Shown here: positions 10,586 through 18,217 of the stretch, piece after piece
Position numbering within the stretch: position 1 is the first letter of the stretch
Layout: each line of letters opens with the position of its first letter
Source: an uncultured delta proteobacterium
Lineage (GTDB): Bacteria; Desulfobacterota; Desulfomonilia; Desulfomonilales; Desulfomonilaceae
DNA: 64,000 nucleotides
Assembly (NCBI GenBank): GCA_963711335.1
Contig: CAVQDX010000040.1
Location: 171,267-235,266, forward strand
Direction of reading: 5' to 3'
Made by a program: the position numbers and the translations under genes
Notes under the pieces: generated by a model
Databases searched by the model: none
Seen by the model: only the letters and a program-made list of their open reading frames with translations
What the model was told of the DNA's origin: nothing

Positions 10586-11732
10586 CTAGTCGAGCGTTTC
10601 GGACACAGAGTTAACCGGAGGACTGGCCGGCAATTCGCACCAGAAAGCGCTCCCCCGACCAGGTTCGCTGTTGACACCAATCCTCCCGCCGTGGGCTTCC
10701 ACAGCCAGCTTGCAGAAGGCAAGCCCCAGGCCTGTCGAGTATTTTCGTCCCCTCTGATTTGATTCTACCTGCCAGAACTTTTCAAAGATTTTATTGTGAT
10801 ACTCCGCAGGGATGCCTTCACCAGTATTTTCAACCGCAAAGCTGACATGTTTTCCATTGGAATTGACCGTAACAGTGATCCTCCCATCAGCAGGTGTGAA
10901 CTTGAAGGAGTTCCCCAGAAGGTTTTCAATCACCCTGGAAACAAGTCCTTGATCGGCTACAAGTAGGATGGGACGCTCCGGTAATTTAAGAACGATTTCA
11001 CGGTTACCCTTCAAAGACCCAAGTCTCGCAAGGACCTGCCTCGCTACCTGCGCCAGGTCAAATTCGGCTAAAGTCAGAGTCAATGACCCCGGACTCCATG
11101 CGACTTACATCGAGAACCGAGCCAATCATCCCGTTTAGCATTTCGGTCGAGGCCCTGGCGGATTTGACATATTCTTTCCCGCGATCAGTAAGATTTTCCT
11201 TTTCGTAAGTCTCCAGGATTTCCAAATGACCAAGGACTGCCATGAGGGGACTGCGCAAATCATGGATAATCATATGAACATGGCTGTCTCTAACGTCTTC
11301 GAGTTCACGGAGTCGCTTGTAATTATCGAGCAGTTGGACCTTTTGTTTCTGGAGTTTGAGATGCGTCCTGACACGCGCAAGAACAAGCGTGGGAGTTATC
11401 GGCCTGGTGATGAAGTCGACCGATCCTTCATCGAATCCTTTGCGTTCATCTTCTACCTCTGATTTGGCAGTGACGAAAATGACCGGAATATCCGACGTCC
11501 TTGCATCTTCCTTGAGGACACGGCAGACTTCATAGCCATCCATCACTGGCATCGCTATGTCCAGCAAAATGAGATCCGGCGGGTCTGTGGACCGGGCTAT
11601 GGCCACGGCTTCTTCTCCGTCCAAGGCGGCTTTCACTTCATAGTGAGGCCTCAGGATAACATCCAGAAGGCGAATGTTTTCTGGGCGGTCGTCTACAATA
11701 AGGACGGTTTGTTTCAATCCATGATTGTCCAT
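10586..11732 (-). pseudogene. response-regulator/histidine-kinase fusion (REC-HisKA-HATPase), one frame break as sequenced
   Basis: ORF 11058..11732 has REC (VLIVDDRPENIRLL..DLILLDIAMPVMDG) plus an H-box (IIHDLRSPL). ORF 10586..11083 has HATPase (NLLGNSFKFTP..GLGLAFCK). The junction ..SRMESG|SLTLTLAEFDL.. sits at a run of four G/C at 11087..11090. Confidence 0.85.
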
Positions 11733-11733
11733 C

Positions 11734-13128
11734 CTAAATTTCCAGCTCGGCCATCAGCTCGGCCAGAACGTTCCCGGCTTTGGCGAAATCATAGCTTTCC
11801 AGGGACTCTTGAAGCACACTCAAGCGTTTCTCAAACGCACCGCCGTGTAGTTGCTCCTTTATGGGGCCAATCAAGACATCGGCCCTCGTGGAATTCTGTC
11901 CTACAAGAACCTTCAACTCTCGTAGCAGAGACAGAGATTTCAATGGATCGATTTCTAGTGAAAGTTTCGACATACAGCCGGCGCTCGTGGCCGCTTCGTC
12001 CCTCTTCAGAAAAGTCGGCGAATAAGGAACGTCGTTCAACGTTGCCTTCATTTTCTTTTCCTGCGTTAAGATTCGTTCGTTACGAATGTCCAAGGGTATG
12101 GTGAAAGTGAACACGCTCCCTTTGCCTTCACCCTCACTTTCCACCCATATTTTCCCTCCGTGAAGCTCTACGAAGCGCTTAGTCAAGGTAAGTCCCAGGC
12201 CCGTGCCCTTACTCTGACACGAAGCCTCACTATTCACATGTTCGAACGCTCGGAAAATTCTTTCCTGATCTTCAGGTTTTATTCCGATACCACTATCTCG
12301 CACGCTAACCTTGAGATCAGTGTCTGTCGTTCCAACTTTCACCACGATCTTGCCACCATCTGGAGTAAACCTGGTCGCATTGGAGAACAAATTGAACATC
12401 ACTTGTCTCATTACACGTTCGTCAGCAAACATGGACAATTCTGCAGGAGCGATCACGTCAACAGTATGTCTGTGTCTGAGAGCCTGCTCTCTAATAAGAA
12501 GCAGGCATTCATCCAGCAAAACCTTAACGTCAAACTCTGAACACTCCAGTTCCGTCTTTCCTGCCTCCAACTTTGCAAGATCCAGCAATATGTTGATGAG
12601 ACTCAGCAGACGTCGCCCTGAAACCAGTACATTATCAACGTACTTGGTTTGCTTCTGATTGAGTTCGCCAAAACTCCCATCCTTCAGAACCTCGGAGAAC
12701 CCAATTATCGCGTTGAGAGGTGTACGAAGCTCATGGCTCATATTTGCCAAGAATTGGCTCTTTATCCCGTTGACTTCCTCCGGCGCTGCCTTTGCTTGGA
12801 GCACAGCATCCTCGACCCGTTTGTTGCGCTCGATGATGTTGAGAATCACGCCTATCAGTCCGAGAACAAGTCCTCGGGGGTCAGACAACGTGGACCTGTG
12901 ACAAATCAAATCTTGGACAGCGCCACAGGAGTCTTGCGTTCGTCCTAGTTCCTCGTTTTGAATTTGGAGTTCGATTTGGCATATTCTCAACTCATGAACT
13001 AGCTTTTCCATCTCATCGCAGGACATAGCTGATACGTCCTCGGTCGTGGGTACACTTTCGCGAAATTTTGCCTCAGCCTGTTTGCGGAGGTTGGAATGGC
13101 TCCCCTTGTCTTCATCTCGATCTGGCAT
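11734..13128 (-). CDS. cytoplasmic histidine kinase lacking a sensor PAS domain, with a C-terminal extension of about 100 aa
   Basis: Intact ORF with the H-box SHELRTPLNAIIGFSE and HATPase (GTGLGLTLTKRFVELHGGKIW). The N-terminus keeps the leader EMEKLVHELRICQIELQIQNEEL seen before PAS domains in the activator at 18184..20628, but runs almost directly into the DHp helix. ATG at 13128; the ORF track starts at TTG 13140. Confidence 0.8.
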   Translation of the reverse strand: MPDRDEDKGSHSNLRKQAEAKFRESVPTTEDVSAMSCDEMEKLVHELRICQIELQIQNEELGRTQDSCGAVQDLICHRSTLSDPRGLVLGLIGVILNIIERNKRVEDAVLQAKAAPEEVNGIKSQFLANMSHELRTPLNAIIGFSEVLKDGSFGELNQKQTKYVDNVLVSGRRLLSLINILLDLAKLEAGKTELECSEFDVKVLLDECLLLIREQALRHRHTVDVIAPAELSMFADERVMRQVMFNLFSNATRFTPDGGKIVVKVGTTDTDLKVSVRDSGIGIKPEDQERIFRAFEHVNSEASCQSKGTGLGLTLTKRFVELHGGKIWVESEGEGKGSVFTFTIPLDIRNERILTQEKKMKATLNDVPYSPTFLKRDEAATSAGCMSKLSLEIDPLKSLSLLRELKVLVGQNSTRADVLIGPIKEQLHGGAFEKRLSVLQESLESYDFAKAGNVLAELMAELEI

Positions 13129-13242
13129 GCTGCACCCCAATTACAAGTTTATTTCAAGTTTATGTGACCAGGACCACTCGTTGAGATGATCTCCGTGGTT
13201 CCTCAGATCAATTCTTACTGCAGTATCGCGAGATTACTGTGC

Positions 13243-13268
13243 AAAAAACCGCCTGGTAGACTTCCAGG
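13243..13268 (-). terminator. weak Rho-independent terminator candidate after sodB
   Basis: The minus strand reads CCTGG-AAGTCTA-CCAGG-CGG-TTTTTT: a 5 bp stem followed by a T run. Confidence 0.35.
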
Positions 13269-13349
13269 AAACAGCCATTTGAGTCGAGGGTTGGAATCCG
13301 AGAGGCCAATAATACTTCACAAACGAAATTGCGAAGGCGGGATCGTTCA

Positions 13350-13976
13350 TTATCTGCCAAGGTTCTTTGCCCCGAAATCCCAGTTAATCAGTTTATCCAG
13401 AACTGCGTTGACATAGTCCGCTCGTCGGTTCTGGTAATCCAGGTAGTAGGCGTGTTCCCACACGTCGACGGTCAATAACGGTTTCATGCCGGTGGTCATC
13501 GGTAAATCCGCATTGCCGGTCTTGACAACCTTGAGCTTGTCTCCATCCAGAGCGAGCCACACCCAGCCGCTGCCGAACTGGGCCATTGCAGCGGTCGCCA
13601 ACTCCTTCTTGCATGCATCCAAGCCGCCGAAGGAAGCCTCAATCTTTTGCTTCAACACTGCCGGTGGTTCACCACCACCCTTTGGTCTCAGGCTATGCCA
13701 GTAAAATGTGTGATTCCACGTTTGCGCCGCATTATTGAAGATCGCCGTCTTGTCAGCTTTGCCGGCTGTCTCGATGATGATTTTCTCCAACGGCAGGTCC
13801 GCAAACTCCGTTCCTGCTACCAGCTTGTTCAGGTTATCGACATAACCCTTGTGATGCTTCCCGTAGTGGAAACCAATCGTATTTGCGGAGATTACGGGTT
13901 CCAGAGCGTTATCCGCGTAGGGCAGAGACGGTAGGACATGCTGCGTTGCGCTTTCAATCTTGTTATTGCTCATCAT
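13350..13976 (-). CDS. sodB: Fe/Mn-family superoxide dismutase
   Basis: Intact 208 aa ORF with [21 protein letters not shown] and [15 protein letters not shown] motifs. Confidence 0.92.
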   Translation of the reverse strand: MMSNNKIESATQHVLPSLPYADNALEPVISANTIGFHYGKHHKGYVDNLNKLVAGTEFADLPLEKIIIETAGKADKTAIFNNAAQTWNHTFYWHSLRPKGGGEPPAVLKQKIEASFGGLDACKKELATAAMAQFGSGWVWLALDGDKLKVVKTGNADLPMTTGMKPLLTVDVWEHAYYLDYQNRRADYVNAVLDKLINWDFGAKNLGR

Positions 13977-14086
13977 TTTCCTCCCATGTAGCGGCGTAAA
14001 AGCCTAACCAGTGATTAAAAAACTGTATGGAGTTGATCCATAAAAGGTTTTCCGAGTGTCGAACATAAGAAACATCAGCTACAGCA

Positions 14087-15572
14087 TCAATGTCTTGATG
14101 GACCAACTTTCCTGAAATCGATATATCCTCTCTCAACGTCTGTAGATATCAGTTCCACGCGAATCCTGTCCCCGACATCAATTCCGTCGAACCCGTGGAC
14201 CAGCCTTCCTTCAACAGGCGTCTTGACGAGCCGGACCCACGTGCCTTTAGAAGAAGCGCCAGTAACAATACTTTCAAACTGTTCCCCGATTCTAGATTCA
14301 AGGAGAAGCGCAGCAGCCGATTTGCCGACCTGCCGTTCGACTTTCCTGGCGGCGTCTTCTTTTTCCGTGCAATGTTTCGCCAAAACATCCAGTTCATCAT
14401 TCGTATATGGTGAAGATCTCTGTTCTACGGCGGCCTTCAATAAGCGTTGCGTGATCAGATCGGAATAGCGACGATTAGGGGCCGTGGAATGGGTATAGTC
14501 CTTGACAGCGAGACCAAAGTGTCCTGGGGCAGTCTCGCCGGGGAGTTCTGAAATGTATTCACCAGGTCCTAAGAGTTTAATAACAGCGAGGGACAGGTCT
14601 GGGAATCGAAGCGGATCGGCTGCTTTCTCATTTGATTAGAAACTCCTCAAGCGCCTTTGAATCCGGGTTTTCAGGAAGAGTGAACCCATGTTCCCTGGCG
14701 ATCTCGACAATCCGTTCCCATCGTTTTGGAACGTGTACCACACGGCGGATCGAAGGGAATTTTCTTGATGAGAGATACCGGGCGGTTACTCCGTTTGCCG
14801 CTATCATAAAATCTTCAATAATGTCCGTGGCGCGATTCTTTTTATCCACTTCCAGTTTACGGACGTAATCACCGTCAAATGTCGGTCTCGCCTCAATGGT
14901 TTCGAAGCTAAGAGCCCCCTGAACATGTCGGAAATTCTTCATACGCTGCGCTATCCTGTCCTGGATGCGAAGAATCTCATCAAGTCCATTTACGACGGCA
15001 ATGGCCTCAGGCATAGCGCCATTACCTTCCAACCATGCCGCGACGCTGTTATATGCGAGCTTCGCATGATTGCGCACACGAGCCCCGTAGATGTCAGAAT
15101 CCTGAAGGGATCCGTCCGCGCCAATCAGCATTTCAACGACAATTGACAGGCGATCCTCATTAAAATTCAGGGATGTGAGGTCGGTGGAAAGCTCTTCAGG
15201 AAGCATTGGGAATATCCGAGCCGCTGTGTAAACAGAAGTAGTGTTATGGCGAGCGTGTTCGTCAATGGCCGATCCATTTTTAACGAGCGAGCCCACGTCA
15301 GCGACAGCGACAAAAATCTTGACTTTGTCTCCCGGTATGGCCTCGGCAACGCTAAGCTGATCCAGGTCACGGGAGTCATCGTTGTCAATGGAAGCCCACA
15401 GAATATCTCTCAAATCACGAACCGGGGTGCCGTTAGTTGCTGCAAGCGCCTGCATTTTGCCAAGTTCGTCGACCGCTTCCGCAGAAAAGTCAGGGAGCAA
15501 TCCTCTCTCAAGCATTGCTCTCTGGGCGATGTTCTGTAAAATAGTACGGTGTTGTTTATCGTTTGCGTTCAT
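14087..15572 (-). pseudogene. RNB-domain exoribonuclease (RNase II/R family) with C-terminal S1-like domain, one frame break as sequenced
   Basis: ORF 14628..15572 carries the RNB acidic motif (IDNDDSRDLDQL). The downstream frame continues ..NEKAADPLRFPDLSLAVIKLLGPGEY...NRRYSDLITQRLL... to 14087. The junction lies at an A run near 14631-14633. Confidence 0.8.
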
Positions 15573-15667
15573 AGAATGTAATTCTCACCTTCATTCGGCC
15601 TTAACCCGAAGAGTACATGTGGCAGTGTCCTCCGAGAAATCAGGCAAACGAGCTTCTCAATCCTCCA

Positions 15668-16177
15668 TCAATTCTTCTTTTCTGACGGATTGGGTTCCTT
15701 ATTCTTTTCCTTGACCTTTTCTTCTTGAGGCTTGGCCCCTTCCATTTTTTCCTGGGTCTTTTCTTTCATCTTTTCCATCTGCTGTTGCTGCTGAGGCTCC
15801 TGCATTTGTTGTTGTCGCGGCGTTTGCTGTTGCTTCAGGTGTTCTTGCTGAAGCTCTTCCCGCTGTATGTGTTGACGTCGCATCGGCTCGGCCTGCTCGC
15901 GATCAGGGCGTATGCGCTCACGTTGCTCCTTCTGAGGGCGAACCTGTTCTGTGGGTTGTCCTGCGCCCTTTGAACAGTCCCTTGCCTTTCTTTTTTCCGC
16001 CTCTTCCATGGTTTTGAATGGACCTGCAATGGTTTCCGCTTCAATCACCCTGCACGCGCCATTCTTGTCCTTGACCACAAACCAATGTTTTTTCTCAGCC
16101 AGAGCAACCCCGGCCATCAGAGAAAAAACTATCACAACAAACAGCACTGGCGAATTTCTCAACAATCGACGTTTCAT
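15668..16177 (-). CDS. secreted protein with a small N-terminal domain and a Gln/Glu/Lys-rich tail
   Basis: Signal-peptide-like MKRRLLRNSPVLFVVIVFSLMAGVALA, with GGAGAG before the ATG at 16177. Followed by KKHWFVVKDKNGACRVIEAETIAGPFKTMEEAEKRKARDC and then low-complexity Q/E/K-rich sequence. Sits directly downstream of 16258..17673. Confidence 0.55.
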   Translation of the reverse strand: MKRRLLRNSPVLFVVIVFSLMAGVALAEKKHWFVVKDKNGACRVIEAETIAGPFKTMEEAEKRKARDCSKGAGQPTEQVRPQKEQRERIRPDREQAEPMRRQHIQREELQQEHLKQQQTPRQQQMQEPQQQQQMEKMKEKTQEKMEGAKPQEEKVKEKNKEPNPSEKKN

Positions 16178-16257
16178 GTTTCTCTCTCCGTTTGTGTTTA
16201 TTTTGCAAAATATTCGCTCGCTCGTTAGCCTATCCAAGAACGAACCCGACCAACACA

Positions 16258-17673
16258 CTATTGCGCAGCGTTTGGCGCTTCTTTCTTTTGTTTGTCAGAT
16301 GGCTCATTTAGTCTCACCAACAGCCATTCTTGCGTACGTTCCTTACCAAGATGAACCAAAACCCCTGTTTCGTCCTTGGTAAGGTTGTAAATCCCCGTCT
16401 CCATTATCACGGCGTTTTCATTCTTGTCGGCAAAGGTCCAGACAGCTCTCTGAGATTCCTTATCAACCATGCCTTTGATCGGTTTGGCCGTATTGTCCTC
16501 GCTATTGAAGTATGTTCCCTGTATGGCGCCTTCCTTGTTGACAGCCAGTTGAAGGACCATGTTAGAAGGTTTGTTAGCCTCCTGAGTGACAGCGAAAACC
16601 CCTAACGGCATCCATTGGTCCTTGTCATCCGTGATTTTTGGCGCTTTGTCTATTATCCGGACAGCCTGGTCATAATACTCCGGAGCAGAGCAAAGACGTC
16701 GACCATTGAGATAAACGTAATCATCCGCATAATAAAAATTGGAGCCATAGTCATAGTACAGGGGCGTTCCCCAGCCCCATGGGACCCATGAACTCAGGGC
16801 AATCCATGTGGCGGGGCCCCACCAATACGCCCAGGGTCGGTTTGGCCAGATGTGATTGTGCCAGTAATAGTTGTTGAGATACGGGTGGTTAGTCCTCCAA
16901 TTCGTATTAAATACGTCGTTATAGCGCTGGGAATAGTTACTTCGGAGTTGCTGGGTTGTCTGAGGGCTTATTTTACTAGTCAGGCTCGTGCCTTTTTGCG
17001 GGAAATTACCCGCAACGGGGCTTGTTCCTGCCACCGATCCGCCCTTGGCGAATTGATCCAGAGCGATTGCGCCTGCGGCTACCCCCAACGTAGCGGCTCC
17101 AACTTTGCCTAGCCCGGGTTTTGCGCTACCAACATTGGTCTTGGGCAGGTTAAGATGTTCCTGTAACTGACTCTGGGTCGGCTTCTTTCCAGACGTTACA
17201 TTTGAGGACCTGTTTACGCTGGACGGCCTAGATCTGGTGTTGGACGATCGGTTGACACTGGATGGCGTCGACATGGTGTTTGAGGACCGGTTTACGCTAG
17301 ACGGCCCCGATCTTATGTTGGAGGATCGGTTTACACCGGATGGGCCAGACCTGGTGTTTGAAGGCTGGTTGACACTGGATGGCGCCGACATGGTGTTTGA
17401 GGACCGGTTTACGGTGGACGGCCCCGACCTGGTATTTGAAGAGCGACTTACACCGGATGGGCTCGCCCTGGTGTTTGAAGGCCGGCTCACAGACGGAGTA
17501 GCCCGATTTGCGCCTCCTCCACCACCGCCGCCTCCATGAAATACGGCGCCTCCTCCGCCACCACCGCCGCGACCTCCTCCGTGGTCTCCGCCTCTGCCCT
17601 GGGCGACCGCGGAAGGCGCCATTAAGGCTAGAATTGATACAAAGGCAATTAAAAGATACGATATTTTTTTCAT
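16258..17673 (-). CDS. secreted repeat protein (signal peptide, poly-Gly, 8 x 13-aa Ser/Asn/Arg repeats, Trp/Tyr-rich segment, C-terminal globular domain)
   Basis: Intact 471 aa ORF: MKKISYLLIAFVSILALMAPSAVAQ, then GGGRGGGGGGG..GGGGGGGG, then eight units like PSSVNRSSNTRSG, then NYYWHNHIWPNRPWAYWWGP...WVPWGWGTPLYYDYGSNFYY. Confidence 0.6.
   Translation of the reverse strand: MKKISYLLIAFVSILALMAPSAVAQGRGGDHGGGRGGGGGGGAVFHGGGGGGGGANRATPSVSRPSNTRASPSGVSRSSNTRSGPSTVNRSSNTMSAPSSVNQPSNTRSGPSGVNRSSNIRSGPSSVNRSSNTMSTPSSVNRSSNTRSRPSSVNRSSNVTSGKKPTQSQLQEHLNLPKTNVGSAKPGLGKVGAATLGVAAGAIALDQFAKGGSVAGTSPVAGNFPQKGTSLTSKISPQTTQQLRSNYSQRYNDVFNTNWRTNHPYLNNYYWHNHIWPNRPWAYWWGPATWIALSSWVPWGWGTPLYYDYGSNFYYADDYVYLNGRRLCSAPEYYDQAVRIIDKAPKITDDKDQWMPLGVFAVTQEANKPSNMVLQLAVNKEGAIQGTYFNSEDNTAKPIKGMVDKESQRAVWTFADKNENAVIMETGIYNLTKDETGVLVHLGKERTQEWLLVRLNEPSDKQKKEAPNAAQ
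17179..17502. repeat. tandem repeat, about 8 copies of a 39 bp unit inside CDS 16258..17673
   Basis: The 13-aa periodicity is visible in the protein (PSGVSRSSNTRSG / PSTVNRSSNTMSA / PSSVNQPSNTRSG ...) and in the antisense shadow ORF 17237..17539 (DRFTLDGPDLM.. repeated). Confidence 0.8.
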
Positions 17674-17968
17674 TGCGGCCTCTCCTTTAGAATTAGATGC
17701 GGAACCTGGTATAATTACTTTGATTGGACCTGTTTCTCGCGAATAAAATGGGTCTCTGCTTGTTCAAAATATGTACGTTTACGACCCGCGTTGAGGTTCA
17801 GAATTGAGGTGACTTTTTGAAAAAGAGATCTAACAGTCGATTAGATCGCCTCATCATTCCGATATATTAAACCAGACAAACACATCAAAGGCGCTCTAGA
17901 GCCTTTCAATGCTCTATCAATCCTTCTTGTTTGATGGAATGGAGATAGTTTAACCCTTGTCGTATATG

Positions 17969-17986
17969 AAGCACATTTCGTGCCAA
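17969..17986 (-). promoter_or_regulatory. sigma-54 (RpoN) promoter, -24/-12 type
   Basis: The minus strand reads TTGGCACGAAATGTGCTT, with GG and GC 11 nt apart. It points at 16258..17673 through a leader of about 285 nt. Confidence 0.65.
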
Positions 17987-18217
17987 CTGTCCCACACAGA
18001 ACCATATGCTTGAAAAAACCATAACTAATTAGACAGTTAGGATTAGCTATAGAATTTGGAGTTCGTTATGAAGCGTCTACGACAGAGGCTTAACGGGAAG
18101 AACGTGCCCTAAGAACGGACCACTAAATGCCTGATGTATGTTTTATCAAGGGGTTAGAAACTAGCCTGGTGTCTTAATGTAGGTCAATCATCCTGGTCTG
18201 TGGTACGGTTTTCGCTC
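17969..18217. repeat. copy C of the regulatory cassette of about 250 bp (sigma-54 promoter + conserved spacer + 3' end of the intact activator gene)
   Basis: See copy B. Includes CTAATTAGACAGTTAGG (18025..), GTGCCCTAAGAACGGACCAC (18104..), TGTTTTATCAAGGGG, GGTGTCTTAATGTAGGTCAATC and the activator stop at 18184. Confidence 0.7.

Noticed and set aside
17179-17502. CRISPR-like array, because of regularly spaced repeats
   Set aside because: The units are directly adjacent 39 bp repeats with no unique spacers, lie inside an intact ORF, and translate to a 13-aa protein repeat.
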